61,580 nucleotides of DNA, filler included, from Stramenopiles sp. TOSAG23-3 (GCA_900128585.1; 19 parts of 19 records of this genome joined end to end with filler, not necessarily neighbours in it), one strand, 5' to 3'. Counted from the first letter of the whole stretch, positions 32,543 through 43,484 are shown. A program made the numbers and translations. Notes: a model not told the origin generated them from the letters alone.

Positions 32543-32917
32543 ACGTGCATTTACGTAAAAGAGTGTAAGGCTCTTTTCGCCGAAAATTTGGTGGAGGGCC
32601 TTGCTCACATTACGGGAGGGGGTCTTGTGGAGAACATTCCTAGGGTGCTGAAAGACAGCGTTGCGTGCGAAATCGACGCTTCCACTTGGAAAGAGCACTG
32701 CCCACCGATATTCTCTTGGATTGCCTCCAAGGGCCTCGTGCCCCTGAATGACCTGTTTCGCACGTTTAACTGCGGCATAGGCATGGTTCTGTTTGTAAAA
32801 GCCGAGTATGTGAGCACGGTTCTCGGAAAGGTAAAAAATTCTATTGTAATAGGGAACGTGGTAGATCGGGGGGACCCGGGAACTGAACAGGTGAAAATTG
32901 AGGGTAGCCCCTGGTAG
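32543..32917 (+). CDS. purM: AIR synthetase (PurM domain) C-terminus (5' truncated)
   Basis: GLAHITGGGLVENIPRVL and FRTFNCGIGMV. Ends without a PurN domain. Confidence 0.92.
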   Translation, partial: TCIYVKECKALFAENLVEGLAHITGGGLVENIPRVLKDSVACEIDASTWKEHCPPIFSWIASKGLVPLNDLFRTFNCGIGMVLFVKAEYVSTVLGKVKNSIVIGNVVDRGDPGTEQVKIEGSPW

Positions 32918-33174
32918 ATGGTTGCAAAGCTCACTGATTCTGTTTTTTTTAGATTTCACATGTACAGTAAAAGGTTTTATCTGCGTGTAAAAAGCTAAAA
33001 ATGTGGTACATTCTTCAAAAAATTCCTTAGTTGCAAACGAATATATATATAATCTGATATCTTATAAGTCTTAAGTCTTAAGAGTACTTAGTCGGTAAGA
33101 AGATAAAATGTTCTGTGACTAAACTAAACATTTTTTTCTACTCTTGGTATCTCCCGCTGGGATCTTGTCCATGC

Positions 33175-33618
33175 TTAGCGAAAGAGGCGGGCGCCGCCGT
33201 CACTAATTGCGAGTAATTCGACCGTGAACTTTAGGGTAGCCCCACCAGGAATGTCTTGACCGGCACCTTGATCTCCGTATCCCATGCTTGCGGGAATAAC
33301 AAGCGTACGTTTCTCGCCCACGCACATTGCTTTAAGACCTTCGTCCCAACCTTTGATAACTTCACCTGCTCCTAATTTGAAGGAAAAAGGACCTCTACCG
33401 ATCGAAGAATCGAACTGTTTTCCTTTTTCTCCAGCTGAAGAGCTTTGATCAATTGTACCAGTGTAGTGCATGGACAGCGAGTCCCCTGGCTGCGATTTTC
33501 TGGTGCCTTCACTGTCACAGTTATCAGGCTTAGACGTCGTCACCACCGACAACTGTTGAGCTGCCGATAGCGCGGCCAGGCCGCCAAATGCTAAAGCAAC
33601 AAGAAGTTTTTTTGCCAT
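33175..33618 (-). CDS. Secretory FKBP-type peptidyl-prolyl isomerase (FKBP2-like)
   Basis: Signal peptide; [26 protein letters not shown] and GYG motifs. Confidence 0.95.
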   Translation of the reverse strand: MAKKLLVALAFGGLAALSAAQQLSVVTTSKPDNCDSEGTRKSQPGDSLSMHYTGTIDQSSSAGEKGKQFDSSIGRGPFSFKLGAGEVIKGWDEGLKAMCVGEKRTLVIPASMGYGDQGAGQDIPGGATLKFTVELLAISDGGARLFR

Positions 33619-34224
33619 GCTCTTTGTGTATTTCGATTTCGGTAAACAGTAAATTTATAGTGTTTCACTAACGTAGTGCAGGTCAATTAATTATTTCCAA
33701 CCTTTGAAGAAACAGTAAGAATTTGTACTGGTCATGTACACGAACTCAGTTGTAAGAGAAGGTCCGATTATGTGCGCAAACTCAACTCATTGAGAAAGAG
33801 AACACGCACAATCATTATCCTCCCCCCACTTCTTTTCCGTTCATCATGGTGTCCCCCTGTTATTTATTATTGTGAAGAGTCTTCCTCATATCATTCTTCC
33901 AAAGGGGGGGAGTGCAGAGGAATATTCGCTAATTTATCTTAATGCTATTTATATATAATACATTACCAAGGTGTATAAGAATAAGCTACGAATATAATAT
34001 AATAACGAACAAACAAGAAAAAAGAAGATGAAAAAAAACAACACGAAAAAAAAATAATTTATTATTATTATTTTTTCGTATTAATAGTAGTAATAGTAGT
34101 AGGGTTATATATATAGTCTAAGCTACTGGTATAAGAAGGGTAAAAGGTTTAGCTGAAAAAAAACTGAATATTTTAGTCGTCGTCTACGAGTAAATGTAAA
34201 AACCACTTCGTAATGTGTATCAAG

Positions 34225-35687
34225 TCAAATGGAAAGGCCAAGCCGTTTTAGTTCTGTGGTGTCACTGACGTCGTTTGCCTGGCCCAATCGAAGCACCCGG
34301 GACTTTGATGGCGTCCCGTTCTTTGAGCTTACCTTTATGTTGTTATGTACAATTCTACTCTTCTTTTGGGTCCATTTGCTGACTATATCAACGTTCAATT
34401 TAACATTTGGTTCTGAAGGCACTTTGATACACATGTAGTCAATGAGCCTTTGCTTGACTGCCCCAGAAAAATAACCATTTGCAACAAACTCCCGTATTTC
34501 GTTTGCCGTGATAACCTGGCAAAGCAGCCCAGTGTCCGCCACAACGGTCACAGGTGAGGGAACATGGGTTCTGTTGCTTAATATTGCTAGCTCACCAAGG
34601 ATGTCACCGGGGCCCAGGGTGCTGACTTGCACGCTTTGAAACGTAACGTTATCTTCAACATCCCGCCGTTTCATCAGCGACGCAGTTCCGGGCTTTGCCA
34701 GCTCTCTTTGTGCATGCAGAACATTCCGGTACTGATTTTTCCACAACAATTCGTTGTGACTGGTATATTTTCGCCGGCTGCTGATTTTCCTGAGCACCTT
34801 GCAAACTCCCCGTTTGATGACGTAAAATTTGTCAACGGTCTGTCCCTCAGACAACAATACCGTGTCAACGGGAAAATTTTCAAAACGCCCGGCAATAGCA
34901 ACACTATTTACCATTTCTTTAGACATGGCATTGAAGACGAACGAGGCTTCAAGGGTGGATACTCTTTGCTGAAGAAGGGCAGCAAAGCAAACTTTAGCAG
35001 GTTTAGCAGCTTCGAGAACAGAGTGATCCAAACACAATAGTTCGCACGAAGTTTGCACGTATACGGCAGCAGGATGCACCTCGCCGGCGATCACGCCTCC
35101 AAACCAATCCCCCTCTTCGATTTGGCGGGCGGTCACCTCTACACTGTTCCTGTCTATGGCATTCAAATGTTTCATCAATCTCAAAATCCCACCGGCTACG
35201 ACGTACAGTTTGTTCATCGGGTCCCCTATTTTGTAGACGTAGGAGCCGCCAGTCACATGCTCAATGTTTGCATGCATGCAGAACAAATGGACTATCTCCT
35301 TTGGCAAATCTTGAAACGCCTTAAGCTCTGACAGCACTTCGTAAAGTTCCTCTACCTTTTCGGGCGAACGTTCTCCTGGGCGTCCAGCGCTGCTAAGGGC
35401 GTATGCATATGGGCTGTTCAGCACTCGTTTGAACTTTTTTCGGGCCTTTAGCACGCCCATTAAGGCAGCCGCCTCTTTTCGACCTTTTTTCTTTTTTTGA
35501 GAGACCGTATTCGAGAGAGTGAATATTGATTTTTTCCGCTTTAACCCGGGAATTGCTGCGGCTCCCCAGTTGTTGAGTGCTCCTGACTTTTTCTTCTTTT
35601 CCCTCGCTTTACTTTCCGGACTGTTTTTCTGCACCAATTTGATGTACTGCAACGTGGTCATGATCCTTCTCAATTCCTCCCCCGCTT
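34225..35687 (-). CDS. Protein with two cyclic-nucleotide-binding domains (5' truncated)
   Basis: YKIGD...LYVVAGG..GDWFG and EG...FYVIKRG...GDILGELA. Confidence 0.85.
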
Positions 35688-35787
35688 NNNNNNNNNNNNN
35701 NNNNNNNNNNNNNNNNNNNNNNNNNNNNNNNTTAATTAATTAANNNNNNNNNNNNNNNNNNNNNNNNNNNNNNNNNNNNNNNNNNNN

Positions 35788-35950
35788 TCAAGACTAAGTG
35801 ACAAGGGTATATCGATTAGTAAGACCAAAAGAGCAAAGATAAGTTCGCAGTTCATGAAGGAATGTACGACCTAGAATGTCTAAATCTAGATTTCAGTTCG
35901 CAGTACATTAATTTTAATTACTTAAATAATAACAGCCAATTTTCTTGTTT
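35788..35950 (+). repeat. Dispersed repeat, module A plus core
   Basis: TCAAGACTAAGTGACAAGG...AGTTCGCAG (twice)...AATTACTTAAATAATAACAGCCAATTTTCTTG. Confidence 0.9.
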
Positions 35951-35985
35951 AAAATGAAAAAGAGTGTTTTTAAGAGATTACTTTT

Positions 35986-38931
35986 TTAAATAAATTGCTT
36001 TGTTTTTCTTGTGGCTCCACGAACCTTTGCCCCGGCAGGGAGTTCCCACGCGGTCTCTCCTGTGTTTAAATTGTGGAAATAATTGTTCCCAGAGGCAGCA
36101 TCCAAGAGCTTCTCCCAGGCCGGGGGCACTTCGACTGCAACGTTTGAAGGCGCACTTTTTTTGACAGCATCGCTTTTAATCTTCTCGGCTCGCTTTGCTG
36201 CATTTTTCAATTCCCAAGAGTTCCGACTAACTCGTCTAGTCCTCTTGGGTTTGTGGGCACCCAGGGGGTTTACAAATTCCCGATCACCGTTGTCTTTCAC
36301 GGTCAACTCGACCATGCTTTTGCGTTTCCACACTTTTTTCTCCAAGATGTCTTTCATTTCGATTCCTTCGTTGTCCGTGCCAACGCCTTTCAAATATTCG
36401 ACAAATTTCAGGTACGTTTCGAAATCCATTTCTTTTGTGCCGAATTTTTTCATCAACCGCTTGACTTGTGTTGATGACACACTCGCCCCAAATTCATGTT
36501 CTAGCATTATTTGAATTTCACCAGCATCTAGAGTTCCATTACCATCTTTGTCGATAGAATCAAAAAACTTCTTAGTCAAATGCTTTTTCAGCACATGGCG
36601 GTGTTTGTGCGCGCAATACGTCGCTTGTACAAATATTATTGCACCAATAATAATTACGATTATCCCTCCAACACCAAGGTAGAATGAAGTGCTACCGGGC
36701 TCCATCCATTTGCATGAAACAGAATCACCCGCTTTACATTTGATGGCAGCTTTCTTCTCTTGAACTTGGTCAACAATGTTGTTCAAAGCATTGCATGTCT
36801 CCCCCCCCTGGTCTTCTGTCACACTTTCTGGAGTCGGAACGCGGGATATAGGGCAATAAACCGCGTTCTTTAGAATGTCTGCACATATGTTATCCCCACT
36901 TGGAGAGGTAGAAAACTCCTTCGATGCATAATCGTACGTTCCGCTCGAACTCGAAGTTCGGACAGCGAAATCATACTCAGTAAACTTTGCGTTGATTTCA
37001 ATTTCGTCTTTAAGTTTTAAGCACAACGTTGCGGGGTTTGCAAATGGTGTCACTGCAGAGCTGACTTCGAGGCAGTCTCCAACCAATTGCCCGACCAACT
37101 TTCCTTTGGTATTCTTGACTACAGTATAGCAGTCGGCAGAGTTCATGGTGTCGCCTTTACTGCCAAGCCGGCGGCCTTTGGCTTCTCCCCCAAACCCCGG
37201 AATGTACGATTCTTCACACAACGTAATGGCGGATTCTGTAGATGTTGAAGGCAAAGTATCTGCCCGGACTTGAATATTCGACGTTTTGATGTTTCCTACC
37301 GTCTCTTCTACATCTTGCAGCAAGTTTACTTTTGCTGTTTCTACACAGCCAGAGATCAGCCCCAAAATTTCAGCGGAAGGCGGGGCATCGCCTGCTCCGC
37401 AAATACCAGATATTGTTTCCAGAGCGTGCGCCTGCTTTCCGACCATGCACGCAGTGAAGGTTATGCCGCGTTCGTCTTCAAAAGTGTCAGTAATGCGACG
37501 AAAGGAGTTTTCAAACCTCCATCCTTCCAGCCGCTTCTCCCACTTGTTTTCCGATATCATCTCTTTATCTACCCATTGCAGCATGCTAGATTGTTCCCAT
37601 TTAGGCTCGATCCAGTTAGGTGTGATCCACTTATTTGTACTGACCATGTGGCCACCACACTTTTCGCATTCTTCTTGATCTTTCCCATTTTCCCAATATC
37701 CTTCCCTGCACCGTTTCGCAGCAAGGCAACTGCTAGCGTTGTAAGCAGTGGATTTCCAAATACCTCCCTTTTCATTACATTGTACCTCACCCAATCGTGC
37801 AACGGCACAACTTTCGCTTCTCCAAAGGTAGCGGACCATGCTGTCCCAGCATCCTCCGATACATCGCCCTCCTGTGCTGTTTACATTATAATTTTGGCAG
37901 CTCTCGTAGTCTGTGTTTTGAAAAACACAAACGTGAGCACGGGTAATACTCGAATGACCATGGTTATCGTACCAACTCTCGGGCACCCCCCCCTCGCATC
38001 TTCCGGCAGCTTCACAATCTGCCTTCGTCCCGAGGTGGGAAAACGGTCGAGTGCATTCGCCTCCTTTGTCTGTACAGCTTGCTGCGGTGGTAATTGAATC
38101 GAATACCTGTTTGTTCCTGGTGCAGACGTTTGCAGTGCACTGCTCAGCAGTGGCTCTCGAAACTTCCTTGGTGTAACCGGATTGCCACGAATGTTCTTTC
38201 CCGCAAAAGGACCCACCTGTGCAGCTGTTTTTAGGCACATTATTCTCCGAACAGGTTTTCTTCGAAAGGCATTGGGTTTCACAGGCTGCCCCTTCACAGT
38301 TGCGTTCACACGACCACTTGCCCGTTGTGGAATTCTGTTTATACTCTTGGCACCAGTTCCGCGGATCATATTTGTAGCCTTGTGGTCCGTCGCACGATTC
38401 GACAGAGGCAAGGTTAAAAATCCCATTTCCCACCTTTGCACCTTTATCGTTCTTATCGCCGTCGGCAAAGACATTCTTTACAAGTCTGCTAGCCTTGGGG
38501 TAGGCACTAAGCAATTTTAAAAGGCACTTCCCAAGAGGTTCTGCTGCGCTTGGACCGTTGATTAATTGGCAGACCTTGGTCTTGCCTTCGTATTCTCCAG
38601 CCTCGAAACAATCCTTTGTTGTTTGTTGTAATGTGTTCACCCCCGTGTCCACGCATTTCCCGCTAAAACAGTCGCTATCATCTTCGCAGAATTGGATAGA
38701 TTTACTAATCCTCCAGCTATAGCCGTCGTCGACAATAGCCTCGAAGCAGCATTTTGGAGCGTTTCGAATCTTCTCAATAGCTTTCCCTCTTTCATCGAAG
38801 TCTTCGAAGCACACCTCCGGCTTAGTTGATGCGTCAACAAAACTTTGGGCACTAACAATGGCGGAGGCAAGAAAAGCAGACGCCTCGGACTTTGAAATTG
38901 ATGGATCGTTTGCGCATCGTTTTGCAACTTC
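35986..38931 (-). CDS. Cysteine-rich single-pass membrane protein with cytoplasmic EF-hand and WW domain (5' truncated)
   Basis: Cys-rich ectodomain; TM segment FYLGVGGIIVIIIGAIIFV; EF loop DKDGNGTLDAGE; WW VPPAW...YFHN..TGETAWELP. Confidence 0.88.
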   Translation of the reverse strand, partial: EVAKRCANDPSISKSEASAFLASAIVSAQSFVDASTKPEVCFEDFDERGKAIEKIRNAPKCCFEAIVDDGYSWRISKSIQFCEDDSDCFSGKCVDTGVNTLQQTTKDCFEAGEYEGKTKVCQLINGPSAAEPLGKCLLKLLSAYPKASRLVKNVFADGDKNDKGAKVGNGIFNLASVESCDGPQGYKYDPRNWCQEYKQNSTTGKWSCERNCEGAACETQCLSKKTCSENNVPKNSCTGGSFCGKEHSWQSGYTKEVSRATAEQCTANVCTRNKQVFDSITTAASCTDKGGECTRPFSHLGTKADCEAAGRCEGGVPESWYDNHGHSSITRAHVCVFQNTDYESCQNYNVNSTGGRCIGGCWDSMVRYLWRSESCAVARLGEVQCNEKGGIWKSTAYNASSCLAAKRCREGYWENGKDQEECEKCGGHMVSTNKWITPNWIEPKWEQSSMLQWVDKEMISENKWEKRLEGWRFENSFRRITDTFEDERGITFTACMVGKQAHALETISGICGAGDAPPSAEILGLISGCVETAKVNLLQDVEETVGNIKTSNIQVRADTLPSTSTESAITLCEESYIPGFGGEAKGRRLGSKGDTMNSADCYTVVKNTKGKLVGQLVGDCLEVSSAVTPFANPATLCLKLKDEIEINAKFTEYDFAVRTSSSSGTYDYASKEFSTSPSGDNICADILKNAVYCPISRVPTPESVTEDQGGETCNALNNIVDQVQEKKAAIKCKAGDSVSCKWMEPGSTSFYLGVGGIIVIIIGAIIFVQATYCAHKHRHVLKKHLTKKFFDSIDKDGNGTLDAGEIQIMLEHEFGASVSSTQVKRLMKKFGTKEMDFETYLKFVEYLKGVGTDNEGIEMKDILEKKVWKRKSMVELTVKDNGDREFVNPLGAHKPKRTRRVSRNSWELKNAAKRAEKIKSDAVKKSAPSNVAVEVPPAWEKLLDAASGNNYFHNLNTGETAWELPAGAKVRGATRKTKQFI

Positions 38932-39033
38932 NNNNNNNNNNNNNNNNNNNNNNNNNNNNNNNNNNNNNNNNNNNNTTAATTAATTAANNNNNNNNNNNNN
39001 NNNNNNNNNNNNNNNNNNNNNNNNNNNNNNNAA

Positions 39034-39279
39034 TTCCATTGCCATATGGAGCAGCACATACCACTTGGTATGATTATGGCGTTGAATGTACTCCCGAGCC
39101 AACAGCCGCCCATCCCTGGCAATGTTCCGACCGAGGGACCTTGCCCCGTTTGGTCTGCCAAACCTGAAGCCGCGCATAGCGGGCTCGAAAACCACCAATT
39201 GCTGAAGGAGAACGAGAAGCTTCAGCAGCGAGTAAGCGAGTTGGAGAAGGAGCTGCAAGGAAAATGCGGTGCCCAATAG
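39034..39279 (+). CDS. Multicopper oxidase C-terminus (5' truncated)
   Basis: Reading upstream of the listed ORF gives FHCHMEQHIPLGM, the HCHxxxHxxxGM copper signature. A coiled-coil tail follows. Confidence 0.8.
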   Translation, partial: FHCHMEQHIPLGMIMALNVLPSQQPPIPGNVPTEGPCPVWSAKPEAAHSGLENHQLLKENEKLQQRVSELEKELQGKCGAQ

Positions 39280-39518
39280 GTTGACTTTTTCGTTGGCACT
39301 TTCGATTTTGTTTGATTCATTGCACCGATTGTGAAAAGAACAATATGCCGAAGAAACCCAAGAAGTTTAGTAAAAAGAAAAAAATATCAAAAGCGAAATT
39401 AAAAGAACAAGCAAAAGGTATTTTTAAGTTTGTGATGCTATTATGATGTAATAAAATTAATATTTTTTGAGTTTGGAATTCTCAAGAAAAAAGTTCCTGA
39501 AATCTCTTCTTTACTACT

Positions 39519-39740
39519 TCAAGTACTAAGTGACAAGGAAATATTGATTACTAAAATCACAACAGTAGAGATCAGTTCGCAGTACATTAATTTTATAATA
39601 ATTACTTAAATATAACAGCAAATTTTTCGTTCTTAGAGTAAATCTCATACAATGTGTTGTTTTTAATAATGCAAAACCAAGTTAGGATTAGGGTATGAGA
39701 AAGCTAAATTTTAATTACTTAAATAACAGCCAATTTTCTT
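39519..39740 (+). repeat. Dispersed repeat: internally deleted module A plus module B
   Basis: Aligns with 35788-35950 minus the segment between the two AGTTCGCAG. 39675-39740 aligns with 17725-17800. Confidence 0.9.
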
Positions 39741-39743
39741 ATT

Positions 39744-42173
39744 TTAATGATGATGTGGTTGAAACAAAATTGGAGAGTGGCCGTCAGCAAGCTTCCAGCT
39801 GCTCAACTGAACAATGTGCACGCCATCTGCTCGCGACGCTAGTAAAATCCCGGGGCCCATAACTGTCCTCACCGTTTGTACGTTGTGGTCGTGCACCTCC
39901 AGCTTGGCCTTTCTTAAAACTATTTTGTCCGGCATGTGGGATTCATAATTTGCCATTTCGTAAACCTTATCCCCCTCCTTAATCCAGTGGTGTTTTTTGC
40001 CGTACCGGTACAGCCCCTGGCAAAGAAGAATTAGTGCTAGCAACACCACGCATACAATTATAACTGTGCCGCCTGCATCTTTTTTGTTGTTGGTCTTTAC
40101 CCCAACATCTGACCTGTCAGGTTTGGTCACGTTTACAATTGTATTGGTGCCTTCGTCCTCATCAAACTTGGAGTTTGTGCTTTCCCCATCTAACCCCTTC
40201 TCATTTTCGCAATAGTCGCCGACAAAATTTGATTTGCATACGCAACTGCAAGATGAAATGCTGCCGTACCCGGAAGATGTTCCACCATTTTCGCAGGTTT
40301 TTCCATCTTTCCCAGAACTGCATGGCAATGGCGTCTGGCAATTGTCTCCTCCATAGCCTTCCACGCATTTGCACGAACAACTCCCTGTGACGCCATCAGG
40401 TTGCCCCCCATTTTGGCAATCCGCGCCATTTGGACCGACGGTGCAAGCGTCGATGGTTTCACAATTTGGTCCACTATAGCCTGGAGCACAAATGCATGAG
40501 CATGAACCGGAGGTTCCATTCGGTGTTCCACCGTTTGCGCACGCTTCCCCATTGGCACCAACGGTACAGGAATTCTCGGTCTCACACAATGGTCCTCCAA
40601 ATGTGCCGTGGCACGTGCAAGCACAATGAGCTGGACCGCCCGATCCAGTGGCGTTTCCACCATTTTTGCAGGCGTTTCCGTTTGGGCCTGTAGTGCAAGG
40701 GGTGGCAGTCTCACAATTGGCACCACTTCGGCCCGGGGGGCAGTCACAATAGCAGTTACCCGTCGTCCCCTTCGCACTTCCCCCAAATCCACAAACATCT
40801 CCGTTTGCACCACTTGTGCACGCGGTTGCGTTTTCACAACTGGGCCCAGCGTACCCAGGGAGACAACTGCACCCACAATTTTCCATCGATCCTGTTGGCG
40901 TCCCCCCATTCATACAGTTTGTGCTCTTACAAGCAGTTTCGTAGACGGTCTTCCATGTATTTGCCACCCCATTCTGTAGCAACGCCATGGTGCAAACCCC
41001 ATTGCTCACGTATGCGCTGTCCCCCACGTCATTTGTTTCCATTACATTTTGTTTACAATACAGACCTTTCCCCGTTACATTTTTAACAAAATCCTGAAGG
41101 GCTAATGAAGGCCCGACTACGCAAGGAAACTCAGAGCACACGTCATCCGGGTCTGGAAGATCGCACTTCGTCTCGTCCGAATGCTCTACGCAAAACTCTT
41201 GAACTGAAAGTGCATTTGAAATATTGACATCGACGTCGCTGACCTTTCCACAACCCCTAATGTATGTTGTTACGTTCTCGACGGAGTCACAGTCTGGGTC
41301 CCACCTTCCACAGTTGCAGTCGCAGACACTACTGTCATTAAATTTGCTAACATCGCACGTCCACCCAACAACTAATTGTTTTGCAGTTTCGTCAACCTGA
41401 AGCTGGAGAGTTCCAAGAGTAATATTTGTGTTATTTATCAAATCTGCTTCAGACGCGGTAGACAATTTCTCCGCTAACGCTGCCAAGTCACTGCTGGCTG
41501 CAGACAGTTGAGCTTCTTCGATGCCCACTTCTACATTTCCATCGTCGTCTACGGTTAACTCAGGGCGGTCCGCTTCCAAAATTATGATGTCGACCGGTAC
41601 TTTCTCGCCCAACCTCCTCCTCCCCTTGCCAATTTTTGCTTTGGCCTTTGCAAAGTCACCGATCCCAGCAACCTGGATTCGTGATTCAGGGATGCCAAGC
41701 AACTTTGCAACGTTCGTGACCAAACCGCTTATACCAGTAACGAAGAATTCGTCGTCGGTGATCGTTATCTCCGTTGATAACACCACCATGTTAGACACGC
41801 GTATCTGAACTTCGGCAGGGCCACGCAATACGAACTCGACGTATCCCTGCAGCCGATCGTAGAAATTGTCCCCGTGGTTCAGAGTGGGGAGCAAAGCGGA
41901 CATGTCAGGTCCCGTTGGGTTGTCAAACGCGATCTGGGCCAAAGGCTCTACCTTTCTCCCGCGCACATAAACATCGACTCGGTTTGCAGTCCCATAGTAG
42001 TACTTGATATGGACCGCGTCATTTGGACCAGCATCTCGCATTTGCACACGGGTCACGCCCGGGTTTGTGCTCGTATGGTGTACTGTATGCGTTGCACCAA
42101 TATGCCCAGTCAGCCACAGGGTATTCCATCTGGCAATTTTTCCGGACCATGAGGTTTTGTATATGGGCGGTCC
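39744..42173 (-). CDS. Fibrocystin-L (PKHD1L1)-like surface protein with six EGF-like repeats and a TM helix (5' truncated)
   Basis: YY...RVDVYV.G, GDNFYD and LVTNVAKLLGIPESRIQV. Repeats of CxNGG..G...C.C.C..GY.G..CE. TM segment VIIVCVVLLALILLC. Confidence 0.8.
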   Translation of the reverse strand, partial: GPPIYKTSWSGKIARWNTLWLTGHIGATHTVHHTSTNPGVTRVQMRDAGPNDAVHIKYYYGTANRVDVYVRGRKVEPLAQIAFDNPTGPDMSALLPTLNHGDNFYDRLQGYVEFVLRGPAEVQIRVSNMVVLSTEITITDDEFFVTGISGLVTNVAKLLGIPESRIQVAGIGDFAKAKAKIGKGRRRLGEKVPVDIIILEADRPELTVDDDGNVEVGIEEAQLSAASSDLAALAEKLSTASEADLINNTNITLGTLQLQVDETAKQLVVGWTCDVSKFNDSSVCDCNCGRWDPDCDSVENVTTYIRGCGKVSDVDVNISNALSVQEFCVEHSDETKCDLPDPDDVCSEFPCVVGPSLALQDFVKNVTGKGLYCKQNVMETNDVGDSAYVSNGVCTMALLQNGVANTWKTVYETACKSTNCMNGGTPTGSMENCGCSCLPGYAGPSCENATACTSGANGDVCGFGGSAKGTTGNCYCDCPPGRSGANCETATPCTTGPNGNACKNGGNATGSGGPAHCACTCHGTFGGPLCETENSCTVGANGEACANGGTPNGTSGSCSCICAPGYSGPNCETIDACTVGPNGADCQNGGQPDGVTGSCSCKCVEGYGGDNCQTPLPCSSGKDGKTCENGGTSSGYGSISSCSCVCKSNFVGDYCENEKGLDGESTNSKFDEDEGTNTIVNVTKPDRSDVGVKTNNKKDAGGTVIIVCVVLLALILLCQGLYRYGKKHHWIKEGDKVYEMANYESHMPDKIVLRKAKLEVHDHNVQTVRTVMGPGILLASRADGVHIVQLSSWKLADGHSPILFQPHHH

Positions 42174-42274
42174 NNNNNNNNNNNNNNNNNNNNNNNNNNN
42201 NNNNNNNNNNNNNNNNNTTAATTAATTAANNNNNNNNNNNNNNNNNNNNNNNNNNNNNNNNNNNNNNNNNNNNG

Positions 42275-43192
42275 TTGACCGCGGACCTCGCCGCCGTACT
42301 GGACCGCATCCGGCACAAAGCGAGTCACCTGTCCCTGGAGCACATAGAGTTTATCTCGTTCCAGATGTTTGCGGGGTTGAAGTACTTGCACGATTGCGGC
42401 ATCGTTCACCGCGACCTTGTCCCCCGGAACATATTTGTCGACCTCAAGTGCAACGTTGTCATCGGGGACTTTGGGCTGGCGCGCCCCTCGTTCCTCGAGC
42501 GCGGGTCCGTCAAGTGGAGCCAGGTGAAGCCCAGCGAAGTCGGTTCGACGCGGTTTGTTGCCCCCGAAGTCTTGCTTGGGAAGAAGCGCGCCAGCTTCTC
42601 GTCCGACATGTGGGCTGCGGGGTGCATTGTGGCGGAAATGTTCAGGGGAGGGAGGCCGCTCTTTCCCGCCCCGACCTCCATCGAGGCGCTCCTCGACGGG
42701 TACGGCCGTGTGCTCGGGTCCCCGGGCGAAGGGTTGTTGGACAAGTTGTACAAATGCCGGGGTGGGGGCGTGCGTGCGGGGGAAGCGTTTGAACGGATAA
42801 AGATCGGAGGGAACGGCGTCCCGCTGATCAAGACGGTCATCGAGGAGTACTTGGAGACGTTGCCTGGTCGGACGGAGGGCGGCGAAGGCACTGCGAAGGG
42901 GTTCGAGGACATCCTTCAGAACTCGGTCACGTTTGACTACGTGAATCGGCACAGCGCCGGGAAAGTTCTTGGGGTCGACGCTGTGTACCATTCCCTGCGC
43001 ACCGAGTGGGAAGTGGGAAAGGTGGCGGCAAGCCTGGACGGGAAGGAGCTGCAGAGTGAGCTCAAACGCAAGATGGCGCTGGAAATAGAGCTTCATAAGA
43101 TGAAGCAGAAAGGGGAGTTGGACACTGCGATCGAACTGCTCCGGGGCGCCATCTTGGAAAACGTCGAGGTGCTTCCCGTCGCATTGCAGTAA
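42275..43192 (+). CDS. CMGC/MAPK-like protein kinase, atypical (5' truncated)
   Basis: HRDLVPRN, DFGLAR, APE, DMWAAGCIVAEM and PLFP. Confidence 0.9.
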   Translation: MTADLAAVLDRIRHKASHLSLEHIEFISFQMFAGLKYLHDCGIVHRDLVPRNIFVDLKCNVVIGDFGLARPSFLERGSVKWSQVKPSEVGSTRFVAPEVLLGKKRASFSSDMWAAGCIVAEMFRGGRPLFPAPTSIEALLDGYGRVLGSPGEGLLDKLYKCRGGGVRAGEAFERIKIGGNGVPLIKTVIEEYLETLPGRTEGGEGTAKGFEDILQNSVTFDYVNRHSAGKVLGVDAVYHSLRTEWEVGKVAASLDGKELQSELKRKMALEIELHKMKQKGELDTAIELLRGAILENVEVLPVALQ

Positions 43193-43484
43193 TGATGGGG
43201 TGTTTACTGAATATCTGATTCGTTCGTACTCTGTTTTTAGAGCGAGAGAGGGGGAAAATTCTTGCGCGTGGATGCAAAGGATTTAAAAATATAAAATTAT
43301 CTCTCGGTTCATTATTACTCATCTTATCATATATAAAGAGACAGTAAAAAATTAAAAACAGAGACGAAAGAACAGCTTATAACTCTTAGCTTTTATTTTT
43401 CATTTTTAACGCAGAGACGTGTGTACGAAATATTCTTTTTCGCAAGAGAGAACTTCTTGAAACGCACCGATGACCCCCCCCGAT

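Noticed and set aside
39681-39693. TTAGGATTAGGG as telomeric sequence
   Set aside because: Only two imperfect units, inside repeat module B.
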